A stretch of 52,270 bases of DNA from Candidatus Hermodarchaeota archaeon (GTDB taxonomy: Archaea > Asgardarchaeota > Lokiarchaeia > Sigyniarchaeales > SOKP01): the NCBI GenBank assembly GCA_048885525.1, contig JBHLLP010000025.1, forward strand, positions 1-52,270. The letters run 5' to 3'. Each line of letters begins with the position of its first letter. The first letter of the stretch is position 1. Below, one piece after another: positions 30,004-40,154 of the stretch. The notes beneath the pieces are model-generated. The model was not told the origin of the DNA. It saw only the letters and a program-made list of their open reading frames with translations, and made no database searches. The translations under genes and the position numbers were made by a program.

Positions 30004-31422
30004 TTAGCTTAAACTTAAGAATGATTCAAGTTTTTCATCATGAAGTTTTTCAAGTCTTTTTTTCATTTCTTTATATTCTGCTGTGGAGCCATCAATAGGG
30101 AATTGAAGTAATATTAGGATTGCTGCAATTAAAAAAATAGCAGGAATTAACCCGATATTCAATTTAATACCAAACTGGGCTAAGGTTGTTTGAACACCCC
30201 CACTTTGATTATAACCTGTTAAGAATAATACATATCCAGTAAAAGCAGCAGCTACAGATTGAGCTGGTTTTGTAAATAGAGCAGTAGATCCAAAATAAGC
30301 TCCTTCTCTCCTAAGACCTGTCTTAAGCTCGTCTTCATCTACAAGATCTGCCATTAATATTGGTGCAAGGAGAAAAACACCAGAATATCCAATCCCAACT
30401 ATAAATAAGAGAATATTTGAACTCAAAAAATCTGAAATGAATGTTATTATAATTAATCCCCCGATTGCGACAAATGAAAGATAGATTATTGCCTTTTTAC
30501 CCCCATATTTTTTATTAAAAAAGAGACTTATTGGATATCCAATCAAATTTGCTAATATAAATATAAAAATGGGGAGTTGTGAGAGAATATTATCAGTTAC
30601 CTGCAATACATCTTGTACATAAAAACTTACTTGAGAGTATATTGCAGAACTTATATAACCGAGCATAAAACCAAATATTGTATAAATAATAAAACCCTTA
30701 TTTTTGAGAGTATATTTAATTGATTCAAAGAAGTTCATTCTTTCTGTTTCTTTATGCATAAATTCTTTTTTTTCTTTAATCCAAAAAGACATACCGGCTA
30801 GACTAATAAAGCCAATAATTGTAAAAATTATTGTTAACAATTGAAATATAGGAAGATTTTGAGAATATGGATCTTCATTAATAATTAAAAGAAAAGGAAG
30901 TACAAATGTGATTACTTGTCCAGAAAGAGTGCCAATTGCCCAAAAAAGTCCTGTACTTGCTCTTTCTTCGGGAAGAATTGATAATTCTGTAACTAAAGCC
31001 ATTTGCATAATTCCAATGATAGTATAAAACGTGTCATATAATAATAGACTAAATAATAGCCAGAAAAAGTAAACCCATTGAGAACTCATTAATGAGGGAT
31101 CTAAAATAGGAGGAAAAAACATAAGAAAAAATGATATGGAAATTGCTGGTGTTGCAATGATCAACCATGGCTTTCTCCTACCTATTCTTGTTCTTGTGCG
31201 ATCTCCTAAATATCCAATTAAAGGATCATTTATAGCATTCCAAACAATATATAAAATCCACGCAAGTCCCCAAAAGAAAAAATTAATTTCAATAACTCTA
31301 ATATAAAAATTCATTAACCAAGCTGCGAACATTCCTGCACTTAAATTAAAGCCAACACCCCCTATCGCAAATTTTATTTTTGTAGAGCGTTCGATTTTAA
31401 ACTTGTTTTCGATATCACTCAT
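30004..31422 (-). CDS. MFS GPH/MelB-family sugar:cation symporter
   Basis: WNAINDPLIG..GDRTRTRIGRRKPW; ADLVDEDELKTGLRREG. Confidence 0.9.
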   Translation of the reverse strand: MSDIENKFKIERSTKIKFAIGGVGFNLSAGMFAAWLMNFYIRVIEINFFFWGLAWILYIVWNAINDPLIGYLGDRTRTRIGRRKPWLIIATPAISISFFLMFFPPILDPSLMSSQWVYFFWLLFSLLLYDTFYTIIGIMQMALVTELSILPEERASTGLFWAIGTLSGQVITFVLPFLLIINEDPYSQNLPIFQLLTIIFTIIGFISLAGMSFWIKEKKEFMHKETERMNFFESIKYTLKNKGFIIYTIFGFMLGYISSAIYSQVSFYVQDVLQVTDNILSQLPIFIFILANLIGYPISLFFNKKYGGKKAIIYLSFVAIGGLIIITFISDFLSSNILLFIVGIGYSGVFLLAPILMADLVDEDELKTGLRREGAYFGSTALFTKPAQSVAAAFTGYVLFLTGYNQSGGVQTTLAQFGIKLNIGLIPAIFLIAAILILLQFPIDGSTAEYKEMKKRLEKLHDEKLESFLSLS

Positions 31423-31599
31423 AATTTCATCAAATTAGGATAATTTAACTTAATTGAGCATTCTGTATTTTTATGGGAAATTTTAGAATAAATTAAAAGA
31501 TTTGGAAAAAAGGAAATTATGATTGCGAATTCAATTTAATCTTGAAATTTTAAATTATTAAAACTAAAATTAAATTTTATCAAATATTAAATAATTATT

Positions 31600-31776
31600 A
31601 TGGCTTCTAAAGAAAAAGTATTAAATGTCTTTAAAAGTAGCGCTAAACCTTTACGACCCGGTGAAATTGCTGACCAAATTGGTATTGAATCTAAGGAAGT
31701 TTCTAAAATTATAAAAGAATTAAGGGAAGAAGGAAAGGTTTATTCTCCAAAGCGTTGTTATTATGCTTTAAAGTAA
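31600..31776 (+). CDS. Small stand-alone winged-HTH protein (58 aa)
   Basis: Manual translation MASKEKVLNVFKSSAKPLRPGEIADQIGIESKEVSKIIKELREEGKVYSPKRCYYALK; below the ORF-track cutoff. Confidence 0.85.
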   Translation: MASKEKVLNVFKSSAKPLRPGEIADQIGIESKEVSKIIKELREEGKVYSPKRCYYALK

Positions 31777-31861
31777 TTTATTTTATTTCTATTCTTTTTT
31801 GAAAACTTGACTAATTAGCTTTAAATTCTTTGATTTTTAAAAAAAAAGAAAAAATAAATCT

Positions 31862-32026
31862 TCAATGAGAATGATGAAGTGGTGTTGCTTTTTGTTGACT
31901 ATCTTTAATAAATTTAGTTTCAAAATTCATATATCCACAATTTAAGCATTTTACAGTCTTAGGTGGGAAATAACTCATAACTTTAGGCATTTTCATTGAA
32001 GCACAATTAGGACAATAATAATACAT
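31862..32026 (-). CDS. Small zinc-ribbon protein (54 aa) with His-rich tail
   Basis: Manual translation MYYYCPNCASMKMPKVMSYFPPKTVKCLNCGYMNFETKFIKDSQQKATPLHHSH. Confidence 0.75.
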   Translation of the reverse strand: MYYYCPNCASMKMPKVMSYFPPKTVKCLNCGYMNFETKFIKDSQQKATPLHHSH

Positions 32027-32230
32027 TTTTTAGACACTTGGAAATGGTTTATTATTACCTTAATTCTAATTTTTTAAAAATCATTAAAAAGTACGATAAT
32101 TTAATATCAAAATAAATTTAATAAGTTCTTCCTTTATTGAGGCACTTTCTACATTAAGCAAAAATAAATCAAAAAATTTAAGTGATTTAATATCCTTTAA
32201 TTTCTAAAAAATTCAAATTGATGTTTCTTA

Positions 32231-33136
32231 ATGGAGGATTTTGTTAAGCCTCTTTCCGAGGAGTTTAAAGATATTTTTTTTATAGAAGGTAAGAATAATG
32301 CAAAGTATCCTTATTCACATTCTATTTTATTAGGAGATTACCTAATTGATACAGGGATTTCACATGATCGGTTAAGTAAATTAAAGAAGTTATTTCCAAT
32401 TAAAAATATTATTTTAAGTCATTGGCATGAGGACCATATTTCTGGTAATAGTTTATTCAAAGACGTTAAATTTCACTGTCATTTACAAGATAAACATATA
32501 ATTGAGGACATTGAAAAAATGGTTCCTTATTATAATGTTGAAAACACAATAGTTGGAGATGACTTAAGAAAACTTATTAAAGCTTATCGATTGAAAAATA
32601 TTAAAATAGACTACATAATAGAAGATAATCAGATTATAGATATTGGAAACCACCTAAAATTGAAAATTCTTCATACTCCCGGGCACACCGCAGGACATTG
32701 TGCTTTTTATGAACAAAACTCTAAGATAGCGTTCTTTGGTGACATTGATCTTACAAAGTATCCATATTATGGAAATATTGACGCTAATTTGCTTGAGTTT
32801 GAAAACTCCATTGAAAGACTTAAGAATTTGGATATCGAAATTGTAATTACTGGGCATAGAGAAGTAATTAATGGAAAAAACAGAATTAAAGAAGAACTTG
32901 AAAAATTTAAATCAATATTGCGAGCAAGAGATGAAAGAATACTTACACATTTTTCAGAAACAAAAAGCCCAATTAGATCAACAGATTTAAAAAATAAAAA
33001 TATTATATATAGAAAGTACACAATTTTCAAAGATTTTGAACTTATTGCTGAAGTTTTAATGATTCAGAAACATTTTGATAAATTTCTTGAAAATGGATTA
33101 ATCATATCAAAAAATGATGGGTATATCTTGAAATAA
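32231..33136 (+). CDS. MBL-fold metallo-hydrolase
   Basis: SHWHEDH, HTPGHT, GD and TGH motifs. Confidence 0.9.
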   Translation: MEDFVKPLSEEFKDIFFIEGKNNAKYPYSHSILLGDYLIDTGISHDRLSKLKKLFPIKNIILSHWHEDHISGNSLFKDVKFHCHLQDKHIIEDIEKMVPYYNVENTIVGDDLRKLIKAYRLKNIKIDYIIEDNQIIDIGNHLKLKILHTPGHTAGHCAFYEQNSKIAFFGDIDLTKYPYYGNIDANLLEFENSIERLKNLDIEIVITGHREVINGKNRIKEELEKFKSILRARDERILTHFSETKSPIRSTDLKNKNIIYRKYTIFKDFELIAEVLMIQKHFDKFLENGLIISKNDGYILK

Positions 33137-33194
33137 TGATATTAATGATATTTTAAAATTCAGAAAATAATAAAAAAAGTAGGTTTATTAATTT

Positions 33195-33305
33195 TTATTC
33201 AAATAAAACTGATTCTGGAAGTTTATTCATTATTTTTTTAATATCAATTCCCCTCTTTTTTAATTTGCTCAGGACCATCATCCTCAAAAACTTCTCAAAA
33301 TCCAT
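33195..33305 (-). CDS. Putative 36-aa small protein MDFEKFLRMMVLSKLKKRGIDIKKIMNKLPESVLFE
   Basis: Open frame with GAGTGA SD upstream, filling an otherwise empty intergenic gap. Confidence 0.5.
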   Translation of the reverse strand: MDFEKFLRMMVLSKLKKRGIDIKKIMNKLPESVLFE

Positions 33306-33426
33306 ATTAATTATCACTCGATTTTTATAATGAAATCTATTAAAATTTGTACTAATATCTTAAATAGATTTTTATTTAAAATTAAATTTTATAAAATCTT
33401 TTTAAATATTCCATATTTTATTTTGT

Positions 33427-34722
33427 ATGAAACAAGAAGAGCCTTTCCTCTTTCAGGTGTATCCTAACTTAAAGAATAAGGTTCCTTGGATACCTTTACT
33501 TACAAATGTACCATCTCCTGTTGAGAGACTTACAGAATTGGAAAAAGAGTTTGATTTAGAAGGTGGAGAACTCTATATTAAAAGAGATGATAAAAATAAT
33601 CCTATTTACGGCGGAAATAAATTAAGAAAATTTGAATTTATTTTTGGTAAAATATTAAAAAAGAAAAAAAAAGGAGTTGTTACAATTGGAGGAATTGGAA
33701 CGAATCATGGATTAGCGTGTGATATTGTTTGCCATGAATTAAATCCCTCGTTAAAATGCCATCTTTATCTTTTTCATCAACCATTAACTTGGCATGTTCA
33801 ACGTTTATTATTATTATTTGACTATTTTGGCGCGAAACTCCATTTGGGGAAGGGAATGGTTAGTACTTTTGTTAAATTCTTATTTTCCAAACTACTACAT
33901 CCAAAATATTTTTTGATACTTCCTGGAGGATCTCCCTTATTTGGATTAGGAACTTCGCTAGGGACAATTGGATTTGTGAATGCGGCATTTGAGCTAAAAA
34001 GCCAAATTGATCAAACTATAATTCGTGAACCAGATACAATTTTTGTATCAGGAGCAACAGTAGGAACAGCAGCGGGTCTAATAGCTGGATGTAAACTACT
34101 TGGATTAAAATCAAAAGTTCATGTTGTAGCGGTAGGTCCAAGTTTAAACGCGAATCCATCTGCAATTAAAAGGAATGCTAATAAAGCACTAAAATACTTG
34201 AGGAGGAAGGATAAATCAATTCCTAGTATTAAAATAAATGAAGAAAATTTTGTTTTTATTACTGATTATTTAGGATCTGGCTATGGTATTAAAACAATAA
34301 GAGGACAAAATGCTGTCGATAAAGTAGTTGAATTAGAGGGACATAAAAGAGATTTTAAGCTTGACACTACTTATACGGGAAAAACTATGGCTGCCATGTT
34401 AGATTATTTAAAATTAGAAAAAAATAAAAACAAGATTATGCTATTTTGGAATACTTATAATTCTAATGATTTGGATAATTATCTTAAGGAAATTAATTTT
34501 CAATATAAAAAGTTGCCAAAAAAATTTCATAAATTCTACGAAGAAAGTAAATTTCAATGCTGGCAAATCACAGATTGCCCTGAAGATATAAAAAAAAGTT
34601 GTCCTGCTTATTTAAACCATGAATATAGGTTTTGGAAAATTACAGAATGCAAACTTGATCAACAAAAACAAAATAAAGCTTTAGAGGAATTAAGAAATGT
34701 AATAAAATTGGAAGATGCTTAA
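33427..34722 (+). CDS. ACC deaminase / D-cysteine desulfhydrolase family PLP enzyme with Cys-rich C-terminal extension
   Basis: IKRDD...GGNKLRKFE, TNHG, LDTTYTGK; tail CWQITDC...CPAY...FWKITEC. Confidence 0.88.
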   Translation: MKQEEPFLFQVYPNLKNKVPWIPLLTNVPSPVERLTELEKEFDLEGGELYIKRDDKNNPIYGGNKLRKFEFIFGKILKKKKKGVVTIGGIGTNHGLACDIVCHELNPSLKCHLYLFHQPLTWHVQRLLLLFDYFGAKLHLGKGMVSTFVKFLFSKLLHPKYFLILPGGSPLFGLGTSLGTIGFVNAAFELKSQIDQTIIREPDTIFVSGATVGTAAGLIAGCKLLGLKSKVHVVAVGPSLNANPSAIKRNANKALKYLRRKDKSIPSIKINEENFVFITDYLGSGYGIKTIRGQNAVDKVVELEGHKRDFKLDTTYTGKTMAAMLDYLKLEKNKNKIMLFWNTYNSNDLDNYLKEINFQYKKLPKKFHKFYEESKFQCWQITDCPEDIKKSCPAYLNHEYRFWKITECKLDQQKQNKALEELRNVIKLEDA

Positions 34723-34728
34723 TTTTAA

Positions 34729-35718
34729 CTAAATTTTATTTAATCGCTGTAATAAACCGGTGATTAAAATTGGTAGAGCAATGGTAGCATCACACCATAC
34801 ACTCACGTGTTTTGATTCTAAAGAATATTTTCCCCAAGATTTTGCTTCTGAGAACGTACTTCCTGAAAGTCCACCATCATATTCCATAGCTGTATGAACT
34901 CGAATAGAATAATTGTATCCCATATTTGTTATTTTATCAAATTGATCAATCATAGGGAAGATCTGTTGAGCCCAATTTCGGGGAACGCCACCTCCTACAA
35001 TTATGGTTCCATATTCCTTAAAATTTTTTACAATATTTCCAAACTTTCTTACATCTGCTAAGATATCAAATTGGAAATCATAATCATTATAAATCTCATA
35101 CTTTATAAGTTTTAAAGCTAATTCTGAATCTGAAAAAGCTGGTATGAATACTGGTATATTTTTTTTAGCAGCCATCGAGAGAATACAATTAGCTGAGATT
35201 TTGCTGCCAATTTTGTGTAGAAATTCTGAAGGTGTGATATGTATTTTTTTCTGATCAAATACAGATTTGATTATTCCTAATAATTCTTGATCCGCTTTTT
35301 CATAATTATCCTCAGGAAGAAAAATATCATAAATACGATTTATCCTATATTTAAATAAATCATTGTCATCTACATTAGGACTTCCTAAGTAATGTCCAAT
35401 ATTACTTGCTGCATCTACTAAATCATGCGTAATATTTGCCCCCGTGCTAATTAACACGTCAATGAATTCATATTCCATAAGTACTGAAATTAGGTCGCCC
35501 ATACCTGCTGGAACTAAAGCACCACTTAATGTTAAAACTGTCAAGCAATCTTTGTTTGTAACCATTTTTTCTAGAAGATCTAGGGCGAGACCGAGATTTC
35601 TTCCTTGAAAGCCACAATTTCTAAGAGATATTAAAATATCATCAACATTTTTTATTTTTTTTACATCGAAGGGTTGAACCTTTTTTATTAAATAATCTTC
35701 TTTTTGGTGAGTATTCAT
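34729..35718 (-). CDS. dys: Deoxyhypusine synthase
   Basis: GFQG, STGANITHD, RIYD, GGGVPRN, GGLSG...EAKSWGK, DATIALP. Confidence 0.93.
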   Translation of the reverse strand: MNTHQKEDYLIKKVQPFDVKKIKNVDDILISLRNCGFQGRNLGLALDLLEKMVTNKDCLTVLTLSGALVPAGMGDLISVLMEYEFIDVLISTGANITHDLVDAASNIGHYLGSPNVDDNDLFKYRINRIYDIFLPEDNYEKADQELLGIIKSVFDQKKIHITPSEFLHKIGSKISANCILSMAAKKNIPVFIPAFSDSELALKLIKYEIYNDYDFQFDILADVRKFGNIVKNFKEYGTIIVGGGVPRNWAQQIFPMIDQFDKITNMGYNYSIRVHTAMEYDGGLSGSTFSEAKSWGKYSLESKHVSVWCDATIALPILITGLLQRLNKI

Positions 35719-36051
35719 AAATAAAATTAAATGCTTTAAATATAATAAATTAATCTTTTTCGGCTTTTTTAAAGAATCTTGGAAATTTTACTTTCAATTT
35801 ATTTATATGCCTTAATTTGAGGATATTTGAAATAGATCTTTATAATTTTAATTAAATAAGTTATTCATTTCTCAATAATATTCTAATTTAGTTTATTGGA
35901 TGAATATGAAGATATACGTATTAAAGCAGAAGAATACTAACGATTTAGTAATCAAATATATTATTATATCATTAATATTTCAAATAAATTTAAATATAAG
36001 CTTTAATATTAAATCCTTAATTAAGTTTCATAGAGAATTTAGCTTTAAACA

Positions 36052-36600
36052 ATGTCATTAGTCCCAAAGAAGGTATTCTTTGTTAGGGGCAAAGGTTTTC
36101 ATAAATCTAAGCTTGCAGCTTTCGAAGAAGCCCTTAGAGATGCTGGAATTGAAAAGTTTAATTTGGTGAATGTTTCTTCTATTTTACCACCATATTGTAT
36201 TGAAATTAAAGCTGAAGATGGATTAAGACAGCTTCGTCCTGGTCAAATAATATTTGCTGTTATAGCAAGGGCTGATTCTAATGAGTATAACCGGTTAATT
36301 TGTGCATCAATAGGGGTTGCGAAGCCTGCCGATAAGGGTCAATATGGGTATTTAAGCGAACATCATTCTTTTGGGGTCAAACCAGAAAAAGTAGGGGATA
36401 TTGCAGAAGACTTAGCAGCAGAAATGTTAGCAACTACTCTAGGAATTCCTTTTGATCCCGATGCAAATTATGATGAAAAGAGAGAAGTATTTAAGATGGG
36501 AGGCAAAATTGTTGAAACTAAAAGTATTACTGCTTATGCTACTGTTAGAGAGGAAAATGAATGGGCTGCTGTAGTAGCTGCAGCAATTTTTATCGTCTAA
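36052..36600 (+). CDS. pdaD: Pyruvoyl-dependent arginine decarboxylase
   Basis: FEEALRDAGIEKFNLVNVSSILPP (Ser-Ser cleavage site), GYLSEHH. Confidence 0.92.
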   Translation: MSLVPKKVFFVRGKGFHKSKLAAFEEALRDAGIEKFNLVNVSSILPPYCIEIKAEDGLRQLRPGQIIFAVIARADSNEYNRLICASIGVAKPADKGQYGYLSEHHSFGVKPEKVGDIAEDLAAEMLATTLGIPFDPDANYDEKREVFKMGGKIVETKSITAYATVREENEWAAVVAAAIFIV

Positions 36601-38191
36601 CTTCTTTAAAATAATTTAAGTTTATATCTTGAAAGCAAGAATCTATTGATTCAATTTCTTCTAGTTCATTTAGTTGAATTCGATTTTTATCATTAAGATC
36701 CTTAGCTGCCCAGATTAATTTGTTAAATCTCTGGTGGTGATGGTGAAATCTTTGGTTTGCATATTCTTTTGCTTGTTTAGTATAAAGAAGAAAGGGCCAA
36801 TCACTCCCTTCCATTAATAAAAGCTCTCTAGCTGTTTGTTGTAAGATTCTTTTTCCCCAATCATGGGGATTTAGATTTTGTTCCAAAACATTTTCAAACT
36901 CTTTGATTGAACCATTGATATATGGCCATATCCAATTGTGTTCAGGACTCTTCCATACTTGAAAATGACCTCCTTCTCCCCAACTGCTCTCATCCATTTC
37001 AATTACTGAAAAATTTTCTTTAAATTTAGATATATAATCACTAATGTTGATTAATTCTATTTCCCTATGATTATAAATCAGTTCAAATATTTCTTTTAAC
37101 CAAGATATCCCTTCCATCCACCAATGACCATAAAGCTCAAAATCATATGGAGATATGATAATTCCCGTTTGACCAAATTTATCTGAAAATTGCCTCAATT
37201 CTTCAGAAATCAGTGAAACAAAATGATTTGCATGAGATTTAATTATTTCCATTGCTTTTTCAAAATTATAAAGTTGTTTTTCCCCATTTACTAATTCTTT
37301 ACTAGTAATTCTCCAATAATGCAAACCTGATTCATAATCTTTTTTATGAAATTCTCTATAGTATTCATTTCCAGGATATCCGATTTCTGCATCCCATACC
37401 TGTCGATTTGTACTTTTATTTCTGCCAAATACTGAAAGTCCTGATTTTAAAGTATATCCAAAGTTTGTATTTAATCCAATGTCATTTTTATGCTCTAAAA
37501 TCTCAGCATTTAAAATTCCATGAGAATCTACAAAAAAATATTCTATACCTGAATTGTTCAACCAATAATCAATACTCTCCCTAAATTTTCCATTTTTATA
37601 GATTTTTGGTCTATAAGCACATTCAGGAAGCCAGATACCTTTAGGCTCTTTACTAAAATACTTCTTATGAGTTTCAATAGCTAACTGAATTTGAGAAAAA
37701 ATTCCTGATTCTCTCTCAAAGAGCGGTAAAAATCCGTGTGTTGCTCCACATGTGATCAATTCAATCACTCCCTCATCTTGGAGCCATTTAAATGATCCCA
37801 ATAAGTCTCTATAATAATTATGATAAAAAGTGTCTAAAACGTGCTCAAAATTCATTAAATAATATTCAGCAATAACCTTTCTTGTTTGATGGTTTTCAAA
37901 CCTTCGGACATCATTTTTAGCTCTTGATATTAAATTCTCCATATATTCTGTAAATCTCTGTTTCATATATTCATCTGCTAATTGTTCAGCTAATATTGGT
38001 GTAATATTAATAGTAATAGCTGGTTTTATACCACCATCTTTTAATTCCCTTAAAATATTTAACATAGGGATATATGTTTCATTCATAGCTTCCATGAGCC
38101 ATTCTTCTCCTGCAGGCCATGTCCCCGACTTTTTACACCATGGAATATGTCCATGTAGAACTAAACCAAAATATCCAAAAGTCATATTCAA
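36590..38191 (-). CDS. GH57 1,4-alpha-glucan branching enzyme (DUF1957)
   Basis: LHGHIP, ETYIP, THGFLP, WLPECAY, YDFELYGHWW, RELLL...SDWPF; 11-nt 3' overlap with pdaD. Confidence 0.9.
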   Translation of the reverse strand: MNMTFGYFGLVLHGHIPWCKKSGTWPAGEEWLMEAMNETYIPMLNILRELKDGGIKPAITINITPILAEQLADEYMKQRFTEYMENLISRAKNDVRRFENHQTRKVIAEYYLMNFEHVLDTFYHNYYRDLLGSFKWLQDEGVIELITCGATHGFLPLFERESGIFSQIQLAIETHKKYFSKEPKGIWLPECAYRPKIYKNGKFRESIDYWLNNSGIEYFFVDSHGILNAEILEHKNDIGLNTNFGYTLKSGLSVFGRNKSTNRQVWDAEIGYPGNEYYREFHKKDYESGLHYWRITSKELVNGEKQLYNFEKAMEIIKSHANHFVSLISEELRQFSDKFGQTGIIISPYDFELYGHWWMEGISWLKEIFELIYNHREIELINISDYISKFKENFSVIEMDESSWGEGGHFQVWKSPEHNWIWPYINGSIKEFENVLEQNLNPHDWGKRILQQTARELLLMEGSDWPFLLYTKQAKEYANQRFHHHHQRFNKLIWAAKDLNDKNRIQLNELEEIESIDSCFQDINLNYFKEVRR

Positions 38192-38255
38192 GAAAATTAA
38201 TGTTTTAATTATAATTTAGTTTTATATGATTATTATATTCTAATAAAATATTGAT

Positions 38256-39428
38256 ATGACTATGAGTATAAAATTAAAAGCTATTACAGATCCTCCTAGT
38301 AGTGAAGAATTATCAAATCGTTTAAAACAAGTTAGAATTTTAATGGAGGAACAAGATTTGGATTATTATGTTTCATTTAATCCTGTGAATATATACTATT
38401 TAACAAATTTCGCCTTCTATGTCCATGAACGACCTTTTATTCTTATAATTGAAAAAGAAGGAGTACCAAAAATGTTAATTCCTAGATTAGAGAAAGGACA
38501 TTTTGAGTCGAGAGCACGCTGTGAAATTGAGTTTGTTATATATTATGAGTTTCCCGCCCAAACTGGCGAAAATTGGTATGATTATTACCAAAAGGAAATT
38601 CGTTCAAATGCAAAGGTTGGGATAGAATCTGAATTACCAATAGGGATTGCTAAAAAAACTCCTGGAGAGATTGTTATTGCAGATATAATTGATGATGTTC
38701 GAATTAATAAAACCAATTATGAACTAGGGCGAATTTATCATGCGTGTCGAGTAGTAAATAAGGGTCATAAAGTATTGCTTAAGAAATGTCGTCCTGGAGT
38801 ACTTGAATTTTCATTATATAAAGAGATTACTGATGCTATGACTTCCAAAATAGTGCAAGATATACCAAATGCTAACTTTAGAGCAACATAGACTACTGGA
38901 GCGGTTTGGCCTCCAATTATTTCTCATGATCCTCATTTAATACCTCACATATTTGCCCCTATGGAAGAGGGGGGACCTCATGTTTCGATAGTCTCTGCTC
39001 AGGTAGACGGATATGGTGTTGAGATTGAACGAACATTTTTCTTAGGTTATGTACCAGAGAAGGCTAGAAGACCCTTTGAAGTAATGTTCGAAGCAAGAAC
39101 TCTCGCATATAGTATGTTAAAACCGGGAACAATCATGAGTGAAGTAGACAAAAAAGTAAGGGATTTTATAACAGAGAAAGGATATGGTGATTATATAATC
39201 CACCGTACTGGGCATGGTCTTGGAATTACTGGACACGAAGCTCCATTCTTAGCTGAGGGATATGATAGACTAATAGAAAAAAATATGGTAATTAGTGTCG
39301 AGCCAGGCATTTATATACCAGGCTTAGGCGGTTTTCGTCATTCAGATACAGTGTTAATCACAGAATTGGGATATCAAAAATTAACTAAAGCTCCAGAAAC
39401 AATTGAAGAACTTACAATCCCGATTTAA
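38256..39428 (+). pseudogene. M24 (Xaa-Pro peptidase/creatinase-like) hydrolase interrupted by one in-frame TAG
   Basis: Both track ORFs share a frame: ...ANFRAT*TTGAVWPP...; HRTGHGLG, HEAP, SVEPG and RHSDT intact. Confidence 0.8.
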
Positions 39429-39443
39429 TTATTCTTAAAAGAA

Positions 39444-39947
39444 TTACATATATTTTACTACTTTATTTAAAGGTTTTCTAGGTTTTGGATCTGGAATATC
39501 TCCCTTGATATAACCAAAAGGTAAAACAGTTAAAATATGGTCAGTTTCCCTTAATCCTAATAGATTTTTTACTTTTTCTCTATTCATTGTTCCTATCCAA
39601 CAAGTTCCAATCCCTAACGACCAAGCCATTAACATCATTTGCATTGAAACTAACGAAGTATCTATCAAATACCATTTACTACTTGTTTTTGTTTTTCCTA
39701 CAATTGCAATAGCTACTGGTGCTTCTCTAATAAACGTACCATAAAATGCAAATTTTGATATTTTCTCCAAAATTTCTTTTTTTCTTATCACTAAAAACTC
39801 CCATGGTTGGCGATTTGAAGCACTAGGGGTCCATCTTCCAGCTTCTAATATCATTTCTATTTCTTTTTCTGTTACTGGTTTATCTTGAAATGATCTAATG
39901 CTTCTTCTTCCCTTTAAAAATTTTAAAAAAGTTTGTGAATCTATCAT
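39444..39947 (-). CDS. Nitroreductase family protein
   Basis: RRSIRSF, TPSASNRQPW, GIGTCWIG. Confidence 0.93.
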   Translation of the reverse strand: MIDSQTFLKFLKGRRSIRSFQDKPVTEKEIEMILEAGRWTPSASNRQPWEFLVIRKKEILEKISKFAFYGTFIREAPVAIAIVGKTKTSSKWYLIDTSLVSMQMMLMAWSLGIGTCWIGTMNREKVKNLLGLRETDHILTVLPFGYIKGDIPDPKPRKPLNKVVKYM

Positions 39948-40154
39948 TTTTGAATTTATATTGATTATCTTAATACATGCTAATTAAACTACTATTAAAA
40001 ATGCTTTTTTAGTTTATAATCATGATAATCATTTTAATCAGAAATATTTAACTTCAAAAAGTGTTATTCCTAAATTGACAGAGTTCTTTGACTTAAAATT
40101 AGTTATGATTTTGGCTTCTCAAATATTCTCTTAATTTACCATTTTTCAAAGAAC

